Source of the DNA: Streptosporangiales bacterium
GTDB taxonomy: Bacteria; Actinomycetota; Actinomycetes; Streptosporangiales; WHST01
DNA length: 64,000 nucleotides
Direction of reading: 5' to 3'
Assembly: GCA_009379825.1 (NCBI GenBank)
Contig: WHTA01000004.1
Location: 92,683 to 156,682, forward strand
In this document: in pieces, positions 38,428 through 47,056 of the stretch
Layout of the letters: each line of letters begins with the position of its first letter
Position numbering within the stretch: position 1 is the first letter of the stretch
Program-made: the position numbers and the translations under genes
Notes under the pieces: model-generated
What the model was told of the DNA's origin: nothing
Seen by the model: only the letters and a program-made list of their open reading frames with translations
Databases searched by the model: none

Positions 38428-38445
38428 ACGTCAAGCGCTTGACGT
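38428..38445. promoter_or_regulatory. LacI-type operator copy 1 (ACGTCAAGCGCTTGACGT, 18-bp perfect palindrome; core GTCAAGCGCTTGAC)
   Basis: The core sequence is identical at 42012-42025 and 44170-44183. It lies 32 nt upstream of the S-component start and overlaps the aminotransferase stop codon. Confidence 0.65.
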
Positions 38446-39599
38446 GAATCGGCGCAACTGTTCGGGCATCGCGTTGAGGCCGGCGCGGAGGCGCGCACAG
38501 CCCTTCTGGAGACGTTCGCCCTGCCCGCAGTACGACACGCGCAAGTGCCCTTCCCCGCCCGGACCGAAGCAGCTGCCTGGCATGACCAGCACACCTGCGT
38601 ACTCGGCGAGCCACCTGACGACGTCGGTCGACGAGCCGCCGGTGCGGGGGAACGCGTAGAAGGAACCCTGTGGTTCCACGACCTGGACACCGTCGATGTC
38701 CGCGAGCGTGTCGTGGACGATGTCCCTGCGAGCGCGGTACTCCGTCATCATTGCGTCTATCTCCGAACGCAGGCCGGTGAGTGCCGCGAGGGTGGCGTGC
38801 TGGGTAGGAGCGTTGAGCGAGCCGAGCTGGTGTTCCTGCACCAGGCAGACTGCTTCTGCAACCTCTTCCGGTGCGACGACGTAACCGGCTCGCCAGCCGG
38901 TCATCGCGTACGACTTGGAGAGCGTGAAGATGCCGACGACGTGCCGCAGCGGCCGCTGCAGCGAGCAGGGGCTGACGTGCTGGTTAGGCGGGAAGGCCAG
39001 GTGTTCGTACGCCTCGTCGGACACCAGCCAGCAGCCGTACTCCTCCGTGAGCCGGACGAGCATCCGCATGGTGTCGGCCGGGTACACGACACCGGTCGGG
39101 TTGTTCGGCGAGTTCACGACGAGTGCGCGGGTGCGCGGTGTGATGGCCGCCCGCAGCTCGTCCTCGTCCGGCAGGAAGCCTGCAGGGGTACGGGGACAGG
39201 AACGCCACCGGCCAGCAGGACGTGCGCCCGGTAGTTCGGGAACGAAGGATCGAGCAGGATCACCTCGTCCCCGGGTGCGGTGATGGCGCGGAGTGTGGCG
39301 GCAAGGCCGTTCATCGCGCCCGCGGTGAGCACCACCTGTCTGTCCGGGTCGACGTCGGACAAGCCGTTCTCGGTGCGGAGCTTCTGCGCGACCGCCGCGC
39401 GTACGGCAGCCAGGCCACGGACGTCCGTGTAGTGCGTCTGTCCTTCGGCTGCCGCCCGGTGTGCCGCGTGGATCACGTGCTGCGGTGTGGCAGCCGCGGG
39501 GTCGCCGCTGGCGAGGTCGACGACGTCCGCAGTTGCGTACTGCTCGAGCAGTGACCGGATCCCCGAGCGTGGAATGCGATCCGTGAGCGGCATTGCCAT
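38431..39599 (-). pseudogene. class I/II PLP-dependent aminotransferase, frameshifted
   Basis: The N-terminal part (ATG 39599, ..MPLTDRIPRSGIRSLLE..) is in the 39114..39737 frame. The C-terminal part is in the 38431..39609 frame (..VVNSPNNPTG.., ..TLSKSYAMTGWR..). The junction ..PVPLQ|GFLPDEDEL.. lacks one G near 39180. Confidence 0.8.
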
Positions 39600-41968
39600 C
39601 AGCGGCCACCCTCGGTGCGGGACAACCAGGCGTCGAGCACGACGGCGCCCTGCCCGGCAGGCAGCACGCGCACCGGGTTCAGGTCGAGCACACCAGGCCC
39701 ACCGGTGAGGGAGCGTGCGACGTCGGACAGGCGGCACAGCACGTCGACGAGGGCGTCGACGTCGGCAGCGGCTCCACGGACACCTCGCAGCAGTGCGTCG
39801 AGAACGCGCGTCTGCCCGATCATCCGTCGCGCAGCCGTAGGCGTGACGGGCGCTCGCCGGACGACCACGTCATCGAGCACCTCGGCGAGTACGCCGCCGG
39901 AGCCGCAGACGAGGAACGGTCCGAGGTCGGCGTCCACGAGGATGCCGACGAGCACGTCGACTCCTTGCGGCACCATCCGCTCGACGAGCATGGCGTCCTG
40001 CGGCTCGGTGAGATGCGTCCGCACCGCCGCGGTGATCTCGCGGTATGCGGTCCGCACCTCCTGGTCGGAGGCGAGGCCGACCCGGACCGCGCCGTACTCG
40101 GTCTTGTGCGCCAGCCGGGGTGACTGCGCCTTCATGACCACGGGGAAACCGAGCCGAGCCGCCGCAGCGGCAGCGTCGTCCTCGCTCGTGACCAGCGCGC
40201 CTTCCGGCACGGCGAAGCCGAGCTCGGCGAGTGCTCGCTTGAGGTCCGCCTCGGTGGCCGCCGGCCACGCGGGCGCCGGTAGGTCGTCGGTGACGTGGAT
40301 GTCGGGGTCGCGATCGGCGACCGCTGCCATCGCATGGAACGCGGGCCGCATCCCGGTGAGCACGGGTACGCCGTGGCGATGCGCTGTATCGGCGACGACG
40401 CAGTCGACCGGGCCGGAGCCCGACGTCACGATGGCATGGTGTCGTCGGCTGCCCGCGGCGTGCGAGCTGAACGCGTGCGCCAGCCGCCGGTACGTCTCCT
40501 GGTCCGCCTCGTCGGCTGCACTGGGCGAGTTGAGCAGCAGCACCAGGTCGTGCTCCGAGGGTGAGGCGTCCAACGTGCCGAGCACACGCGGCAGCACGGC
40601 GTCGTCGGTGGCGGCGACACCGGTGAGGTCGAGCGGGTTCGCCGGCGTGGTGGCGAACGGCAGCTGCTCCCTGAGCCCCGCCGATGTGGCGCCGTCCAGC
40701 TCCGCGAGCCGCACGCCGGCCTCCTCCGCGACGTCGGCCGCCAGCGCGCAGGTGCCACCGGAGATGCTCATCAGGACGCTGCGTCGCGACGGCTCGCGGC
40801 GGCCACGGGCGAGCAGCTCGCAGGCGTTCACCAGCTCGTCGACGTCCTCGACCAGTACGGCCGCACGACTGCGGCACGCGGCCGCGAGCACCCGCGACTG
40901 GGTGGCCAGTGCGCCGGTGTGCGCCGCGACGGCGAGCCTGCCGGCTTCGGTGCGGCCCGCCCGCAACACCACGACCGGTCGGCCGGCGCGCTGCGCGGCG
41001 AGCAGCGCGCGGTCGAGCGCGGCCGGGTCACGCACCGTCTCGAGGTAGCAGGCGATGACCTCGACCGCGGGTTCCGCGGCCAGCGCCTCGACGTAGTGGT
41101 CGAGGCGCAGCGACGCCTCGTTCCCCGTGGTGATCAGGTGGCTGAAGCCGAGCCCTCGTCCGCCCGCCGTGTCGATCACCGCGTTGAGCACACCACCGCT
41201 CTGCGACACGACCGCGAACGTGCCAGGCGTCGGGTCGGACGGCAGCGACCCGAAGTAGGCGGCGAACCCGTCGACCAGGTTCGCGACGCCGTAACAGTTG
41301 GGGCCGACCAGCCGGATGTCGTGCTGCTCGGAAACCTCGCGCAGCCGATCCTGTGTCGCTCGCCCTGCCGCGCCGCTCTCGGCGAACCCACCGGCGAGGA
41401 ACGAGACCGCGCGGGCACCGGCATCGGCGGCCTGTCGCAGGACGTCCTCGGCGTCGAACCTGTCCCCGGTGAAGTACAGGTAGTTCACCCGTTTCGGGTT
41501 GTTGGCGAACCACGGGAGCAGCAACAGCGGGGAGAGCGCATAGTGCCTGATCTCCGGCTCGGCGAACGTCGCCCGGCTCGACGCGATGACGATGTCCGCG
41601 AGCAGCGCCAGGTTCGCGCCCGCGGCTACGGCGTACCCGTCAACCGCGCTGACGACCGGCACACGCAGCTGCCAGATACGCATGAGCGCCTGGAAGTTCG
41701 CCTCGGTGGCCGCTGTGACGTCGTCGGTGCGGGTCGGCATGTCGAGCCCGTCGAGGTCGAACCCCACGGAGAACGCGCGGACGCCCGCACCGGTGAGCAC
41801 CACCACGCGTATCGACTTGTCGAGGTGTACCTCGTCGAGCACCTCGGTCAGCCGGGTGACCATCGACGGGGTCAGTGCGTTGAGCTTGTCCGGTCGGTCG
41901 AGTGTCACGACGGCGACACCTTCGACACGTTCGAAGCGAACCTCGTCTCGGCCTTCGACCATCATCAT
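39599..41968 (-). CDS. chimeric enoyl-CoA hydratase (N-terminal ~175 aa) fused to an N-terminally truncated NDP-forming acyl-CoA synthetase
   Basis: Last 789 codons of ORF 39599..43852, starting at the ATG triplet 41960-41968 after GAGGGG. The crotonase fold (..VVLTGAGVRAFSVGFD.., ..AVDGYAVAAGANLAL..) runs to ..YFTGDRFDAE. The sequence then switches to ..DVLRQAADAGARAVSFLAGGFAESG.., followed by ligase-CoA and ATP-grasp domains. Confidence 0.7.
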   Translation of the reverse strand: MMMVEGRDEVRFERVEGVAVVTLDRPDKLNALTPSMVTRLTEVLDEVHLDKSIRVVVLTGAGVRAFSVGFDLDGLDMPTRTDDVTAATEANFQALMRIWQLRVPVVSAVDGYAVAAGANLALLADIVIASSRATFAEPEIRHYALSPLLLLPWFANNPKRVNYLYFTGDRFDAEDVLRQAADAGARAVSFLAGGFAESGAAGRATQDRLREVSEQHDIRLVGPNCYGVANLVDGFAAYFGSLPSDPTPGTFAVVSQSGGVLNAVIDTAGGRGLGFSHLITTGNEASLRLDHYVEALAAEPAVEVIACYLETVRDPAALDRALLAAQRAGRPVVVLRAGRTEAGRLAVAAHTGALATQSRVLAAACRSRAAVLVEDVDELVNACELLARGRREPSRRSVLMSISGGTCALAADVAEEAGVRLAELDGATSAGLREQLPFATTPANPLDLTGVAATDDAVLPRVLGTLDASPSEHDLVLLLNSPSAADEADQETYRRLAHAFSSHAAGSRRHHAIVTSGSGPVDCVVADTAHRHGVPVLTGMRPAFHAMAAVADRDPDIHVTDDLPAPAWPAATEADLKRALAELGFAVPEGALVTSEDDAAAAAARLGFPVVMKAQSPRLAHKTEYGAVRVGLASDQEVRTAYREITAAVRTHLTEPQDAMLVERMVPQGVDVLVGILVDADLGPFLVCGSGGVLAEVLDDVVVRRAPVTPTAARRMIGQTRVLDALLRGVRGAAADVDALVDVLCRLSDVARSLTGGPGVLDLNPVRVLPAGQGAVVLDAWLSRTEGGR

Positions 41969-42011
41969 CCCCTCGACCGGTGCTCGATTTCTCTCACGAA
42001 ACGCCTGAGAC

Positions 42012-42025
42012 GTCAAGCGCTTGAC
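42012..42025. promoter_or_regulatory. LacI-type operator copy 2 (GTCAAGCGCTTGAC)
   Basis: Lies between the divergent starts at 41968 (-) and 42053 (+, the LacI regulator). Confidence 0.65.
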
Positions 42026-42052
42026 TAACTCGCCGGCCGTAGGCTGGGAGAC

Positions 42053-43102
42053 GTGAACAAGGCGAAGACAGCCCAGTACCGCGCGACCGCTACGGACGTC
42101 GCCGCCATGGCCGGTGTGTCGACCTCGACGGTGTCTCTGGTGATCAACGGGAAGGCTGCGGGTCGCGTCTCGCAGGAGACCCAGGACCGGGTGCATGCCG
42201 CCGTGCAGCATCTCGGCTACCGCATCGACGGGGTGGCCAGGAGCCTCGCCACGGGGCGGCGCAACTCCGTCGCGCTGACCGTTCCCGACCTCGTCAACCC
42301 GTACTTCTCGCAGGTGACCATGGGTGTCGCGGAGGGGCTCGGCGACTACCAGCTGATGTTGCTGGTGACGAGGGTGGACGACGACAGGTTCACGGTCAAC
42401 GTGGAGAACATGCTCGCCGAACGGGTCGACGGCGTGCTCGCCGAGGCTCCCGGTGCCCGGTTGGTGGAGGAGCTGGACGTGCCCTGCCCGGTGGTGGTGC
42501 TCGACCGGCCCACGCAAGGCACGACGCTGCCACACGTCGACTTCGACCTCGCGAAGGGCGTGCGGGAGCTCGCCGCGCACCTGGTCGAGCTCGGCCACCG
42601 CCACCTCGGGTACGTGGACGCCGCTCGCCAGGGGCCGACGTTCCAGACCCGCAGGCAGCTCCTGTTGCGGCGCATGCGCGGTCTCACCGAGGACCCCGTC
42701 ACGCTGTCGACCACCAGGTCCGCCACCACGGTCGAGGAGGCGGCGGCGGAGTTCAGGCAACGCTGGCCGCAGTGGCGCGCCGACGGGGTCAGCTGTGTCG
42801 TCTGCGCCACGGACATCCAGGCCTACGGGGTGGTGGATGCGGCGCAGGAGCTCGGCATTGCGGTGCCCGGTGAGCTGTCCGTGGCGGCCTTCGACGACCT
42901 GCCGTTCTCCAAGATCCTCGCCCCTGGCGGGCTCACCACGATCACCCTGTCCGGCTACGAGCTCGGCCTGCGGTCGGCGGCGTTGTTGCGCGAGCTGATG
43001 GACGGACGCCGGCCGGAGGAGACACACGTCCGGCTGTCGTGCGAGCTGCAGGTGCGCGGCACGACCGGGCCGAAGAAGGGCAGGCGCGCGAAGCGTGCCT
43101 AG
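42053..43102 (+). CDS. LacI family transcriptional regulator
   Basis: ORF track 42053..43102. N-terminal HTH ..ATDVAAMAGVSTSTVSLVING.. followed by a sugar-binding-fold core. Confidence 0.85.
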   Translation: MNKAKTAQYRATATDVAAMAGVSTSTVSLVINGKAAGRVSQETQDRVHAAVQHLGYRIDGVARSLATGRRNSVALTVPDLVNPYFSQVTMGVAEGLGDYQLMLLVTRVDDDRFTVNVENMLAERVDGVLAEAPGARLVEELDVPCPVVVLDRPTQGTTLPHVDFDLAKGVRELAAHLVELGHRHLGYVDAARQGPTFQTRRQLLLRRMRGLTEDPVTLSTTRSATTVEEAAAEFRQRWPQWRADGVSCVVCATDIQAYGVVDAAQELGIAVPGELSVAAFDDLPFSKILAPGGLTTITLSGYELGLRSAALLRELMDGRRPEETHVRLSCELQVRGTTGPKKGRRAKRA

Positions 43103-44123
43103 GACGGGATCGCGCCGGCGGCGATCTCCCCGAGCAGCCGCCGGTAGTCGATGGAGACACGGTCGACGCCGCGGATGTGTAGCTCGGCGCTGAGGTCGAT
43201 CGGGAGCTCCTCCGGCCGCTGTGACTCCACCACCACTCGGTCCTGTTCGAGCACGACCTCCTGGAAGGAGACGTACTCGGCGTCGTTGGCCGGGTCGAGG
43301 TCGTAGTTGCGCGCGCACATGCTGAACGAGCGCGTCTCCTTCCTGCCGACCGGGCACGAGGCCACGAACAGCACGAAGTGCCTGCCGTCGGGCAGGGCTT
43401 GGTTGAGGTACACGGAGAACGGTGCCGTCAGCACGTACGACGTCGGGTCGCGCTGGATGGTCACGGCGTCCGCAGGGTCGCCCTTCACCGGGTTGGCCGG
43501 CTCCTCTAGTCCCAGCGCGAACCGCAGTGTCCAGCCGTCGCGCACCACCTCGTGGTCGGGGATCTCCGGCCGGTCCGGTGACCCGAGGATGCCCTCGTGC
43601 ACGAACGGGAAGTGCGAGAAGTCGACGAAGTTCTCCACCCGCCGGGCCGCGCTGCAGTGCCAGTCGTAGGTGGGGATCTTTACCAAGCGGTACGTCTCGT
43701 CGTCGGCTTCCGGGAACTCCGGCAGCGGTAGTGCGGGCTCGTCGTCGAGGCAGACCCAGATCATGCCGGCGCCTCCCGAGCCTGGTGGCGCACGAGCCTG
43801 GCGCGGCGCGGGATGTTGTCGCCGTGCCGCGCGGGGATCCTGGTGCAGACACCGCCGGCGTCGTAGGTCCAGCCGTGGTACGGGCACACCAGTTCGTCGT
43901 CGACGACCTTGCCGAGCGAGAGTGCCGTGCCTCGATGCACGCACAGGTCGCGGAACGCGGCCACGCCGGCGGCCATCCGCACGACGACTACGGCCTCGTC
44001 GAGCAGCGTCACGCGCGCGGGTGCGGTGCCGAGCTCGTCGGCGAACAACACCGGATGCCAGAACCTGCGCAACTGCTGGTAGAGCGCTTCCTCGCCCACA
44101 GCGTCGAGTTCCCTTACCGGCAT
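43099..44123 (-). pseudogene. Rieske non-haem iron oxygenase alpha subunit (VanA-like), frameshifted between domains
   Basis: Piece 43761..44174 starts at ATG 44123 after GAGGAGG and carries the Rieske motif CVHRG..CPYHGW. Piece 43099..43944 carries the iron motif ENFVDFSHFPFVHEG. Frames switch between 43761 and about 43800. Confidence 0.8.
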
Positions 44124-44169
44124 CGTCCGCACCTCCTCGCCAGTCACCCTGGACGAGCGACCGGCACTA

Positions 44170-44183
44170 GTCAAGCGCTTGAC
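44170..44183. promoter_or_regulatory. LacI-type operator copy 3 (GTCAAGCGCTTGAC)
   Basis: Lies between the divergent starts at 44123 (-) and 44217 (+). Confidence 0.65.
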
Positions 44184-44216
44184 CCATTGCCTGGCACCGG
44201 ACTAGCGTCGCTCCTC

Positions 44217-45413
44217 GTGGAGCCATCGGACCTCGCCTTCGACAGCAAGCTCGTCTACTACGCGCCTGAGCCGGCGTCGCAGTCGATCAGCTACCCGATC
44301 TACATGTCGGCCAACTACCAGTACGCGGACGACATCTACGACAAGATCGTTGCGGGTGAGCGTCGGGATGTGAACATCTACAGCCGCTGCGGCAACCCGA
44401 CCGAGTACAAGCTCGAGGAGCAGGTGGCGAAGGCAGCGGGTGCCGACTCCTGCCTCGCGACGGCGTCGGGCATGGCCGCGGTGTCGCACGCGCTCTTCGG
44501 CCTGCTGAAGTCGGGTGACCACCTGGTCGCGGACTGGACGACGTACAGCAGCACGCACGAGTTCTTCGACCATCGCATCACGGACTACGACATCGACGTG
44601 ACGTTCGTCGACACCGCCGACCCGCTCGCGGTGACCAAGGCGATCACGCCGCGGACGAAGCTCGTCTACTTCGAGACGGTCGCCAACCCGACGATGAAGG
44701 TCACCCCGATCCCGCCGCTCGCCGAGATCGCGCACGAGCGCGGCATCCCGCTGGTCTGCGACAACACGTTCGCCAGCCCCGCGGTCTGCCAGCCGCATGC
44801 GTTCGGCGTGGACGTCGTGGTGGAGAGCGCCACGAAGTTCATCGGTGGACACAACGACGCCGTCGGCGGGGTGATCACGATGCGCTCGGACCTGCTCCCG
44901 CAGGACTGGCTGGAAGACGTTCGGTGGAACACGCTGAACAAGCTCGGCGGTGCGCTGTCGCCGTTCAACGCCTGGCTGCTGCTGCGCGGCCTCCAGACCC
45001 TGGGGCTGCGCGTGGACCGGCAGTCGGCGAACGCCATGACGCTGGCCCGGCATCTGGAGGAACACCCCGCGGTGGAGGCGGTGTGGTACCCGGGGTTGCC
45101 GTCGCACCCGCAGCACGGCGTCGCGTCCGAGCAGCTGCGCAACTACGGCGCGATGCTCACCTTCGCCGTCGCCGACGAGCGGGCGGCAGTCACCGTGCTC
45201 AAGGCACTGCGCCTGGCCAGCTTCGCCGCCAGCCTCGGCGGACTGCGTACGACCGCGCAGGTGCCTGCCACCATGGCGTTCCTGGACATCTCGCCGGAAC
45301 AACGTCAGCAGATGGGGGTACGCGACGGCGCCGTCAGGGTGTCCGTAGGCATCGAGGACGCATCGGACGTTCTCGCGGACTTCGACCGCGCCCTTGCCCA
45401 GGCGTACGAGTAG
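44217..45413 (+). CDS. Cys/Met-metabolism PLP-dependent enzyme (methionine gamma-lyase / cystathionine gamma-synthase-like)
   Basis: GTG 44217 in the 43422..45413 frame. Motifs ..SRCGNPT.. and ..ESATKFIGGHND.. (PLP lysine). Confidence 0.8.
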   Translation: MEPSDLAFDSKLVYYAPEPASQSISYPIYMSANYQYADDIYDKIVAGERRDVNIYSRCGNPTEYKLEEQVAKAAGADSCLATASGMAAVSHALFGLLKSGDHLVADWTTYSSTHEFFDHRITDYDIDVTFVDTADPLAVTKAITPRTKLVYFETVANPTMKVTPIPPLAEIAHERGIPLVCDNTFASPAVCQPHAFGVDVVVESATKFIGGHNDAVGGVITMRSDLLPQDWLEDVRWNTLNKLGGALSPFNAWLLLRGLQTLGLRVDRQSANAMTLARHLEEHPAVEAVWYPGLPSHPQHGVASEQLRNYGAMLTFAVADERAAVTVLKALRLASFAASLGGLRTTAQVPATMAFLDISPEQRQQMGVRDGAVRVSVGIEDASDVLADFDRALAQAYE

Positions 45414-45421
45414 CGCACGGT

Positions 45422-45501
45422 CAACACGTGTTGCGGGTAGAGGTCAAGATCTATCCTGACCGGTGATCCAGCGGTAATACTGGACGGCACATCTCATGTG
45501 C
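45422..45501. promoter_or_regulatory. cluster of short palindromes in the 230-bp leader upstream of the NRAMP gene
   Basis: CAACACGTGTTG (45422-45433, perfect 12-mer), GGTCA..TGACC (45442-45461) and GCACAT-CTC-ATGTGC (45487-45501). The GC content is locally lower. Confidence 0.25.
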
Positions 45502-45643
45502 ATCGAGGCGTTCCCGTCGCTAGTACCGCTGGGCTGGCCGGCGATCGGAGTCGGCGACCAGCGTCGATGCGCTTTTGGCAGCTGTCCCCCGCAACCTCGG
45601 CACGGCCGTGTCGTCGGTTCATGGCGCCAGGCAAAGGAGCCTC

Positions 45644-47044
45644 ATGGCCACCACCGAAGCGACTCCGGCGGACCCGTACCTCCTCACCGCCGAAGGCATA
45701 AAAGAACCCCCCGTCGGCTGGAAGAACAGCCTCAGGTATCTCGGTCCCGGCATGATCCTCAGCGCCTCCATCGTGGGGTCGGGCGAGCTGATCGCCACCA
45801 CCACGCTGGGCGCACAGGCCGGGTTCGTGCTGCTCTGGCTGGTGATCGTCAGCACGTTGGTGAAAGTCGCGGTGCAGATCGAGCTGGCCAGGTGGACGAT
45901 CGTCACCGGCGAACCGGCGCTCACCGGGTACGGCCGGGTGCCACCGAAGTTCGGCCGGATCGGCTGGGTCAACGTCCTCTGGATCGTGCTGGCACTCAGC
46001 AAGTTGTTGCAGCTCGGCGGCATCATCGGCGGCGTCGCCGTCGCGCTGAGCGTGTTAATGCCGCTGGGTAGCGCGCCACTCGGGCAGACGTCGCTGACGA
46101 TATGGACGATCATCGTCATGGTCCTCAGCATCGCCATGCTGTACTCCAGCAAGTACAAGCTGATCGAGCGCGGCGCCGTCGCCCTGGTGGTGCTGTTCTC
46201 GCTGCTGACCATCTTCATCGCGGTCGGGTTGCCGGTGACCGAGTTCGCCTACAGCGCCGGCGACATCGGCGGCGGCCTGAAGTTCCTCATCCCCGCCGGC
46301 ACGATCGGCGCCGCCGTCGCCATGTTCGGCATCACCGGTGTGGGTGCGGACGAGATCACGTTCTACACCTACTGGTGCGTGGAGAAGGGCTACGCGCGGT
46401 GGACCGGCCCCAACGACGGGTCCGAGGAGTGGCGGCGTCGCGCCAACGGCTGGATCAAGGTCATGAAGAAGGACGCATTGGTGTCCTGGCTGATCTACAC
46501 GTTCGGCACGCTGGCCTTCTACCTGATGGGCGCGGCCGTGCTCAAGCCGCAGGGTCTGGTGCCCGAGGGCAACGAGATGATCACCACCCTGTCGAGGATC
46601 TACACCGGCACGCTCGGCGACTGGGCGAACGTCCTCTTCCTGATCGGCGCGATCGCGGTGCTCGGCTCGACGATGTGGGCGGCCATTCCCAGCTGGTCCC
46701 GGATGTACTCCAACCTGCTGTCCACCCTGGGCGTGTTCGACTGGCAGAACGTGGTGGCCCGCAGGCGGTCGGTGCGCATCTTCACCGTCATCTTGCCGGT
46801 GCTGTGGGCTGCGGCGTTCCTCTATATCCAGGAGCCGGTGCTGATGGTCCAGATCGGCGGCGTGATGACCGGCATCTTCCTCGTGGCGGTCGTGATCGCG
46901 GTCTGGTATCTGCGCAACAAGGAGACCGACGCGAGACTGCACGGCACCAGGTGGTTCACGATCGCACTGACAATTAGTAGCGTCGCAATTGCCGCACTCG
47001 GCGTCTACAGCGTGTTGAGCGTGTTCGGCCTCGAGCTCGGCTGA
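45644..47044 (+). CDS. NRAMP family divalent-metal transporter
   Basis: ATG 45644 after AAAGGAG in ORF 45575..47044. Motif ..LGPGMILSASIVGSGEL.. and about 11 TM segments. Confidence 0.8.
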   Translation: MATTEATPADPYLLTAEGIKEPPVGWKNSLRYLGPGMILSASIVGSGELIATTTLGAQAGFVLLWLVIVSTLVKVAVQIELARWTIVTGEPALTGYGRVPPKFGRIGWVNVLWIVLALSKLLQLGGIIGGVAVALSVLMPLGSAPLGQTSLTIWTIIVMVLSIAMLYSSKYKLIERGAVALVVLFSLLTIFIAVGLPVTEFAYSAGDIGGGLKFLIPAGTIGAAVAMFGITGVGADEITFYTYWCVEKGYARWTGPNDGSEEWRRRANGWIKVMKKDALVSWLIYTFGTLAFYLMGAAVLKPQGLVPEGNEMITTLSRIYTGTLGDWANVLFLIGAIAVLGSTMWAAIPSWSRMYSNLLSTLGVFDWQNVVARRRSVRIFTVILPVLWAAAFLYIQEPVLMVQIGGVMTGIFLVAVVIAVWYLRNKETDARLHGTRWFTIALTISSVAIAALGVYSVLSVFGLELG

Positions 47045-47056
47045 CGGGGAGGTCAG

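Noticed and set aside
41969-43852. Upstream 628 codons of the 1417-aa ORF 39599..43852.
   Set aside because: This part runs antisense through the LacI gene and out of frame through the Rieske gene, and has no recognisable domains. A strong RBS plus an ATG triplet at 41960-41968 marks the real start.
45442-45461. GGTCAAGATCTATCCTGACC as a fourth copy of the LacI operator (it shares the GTCAAG half-site).
   Set aside because: The second half-site is degenerate (CCTGAC versus GCTTGAC), the spacing is 4 nt longer and there is no central CG. Not supportable as the same operator.
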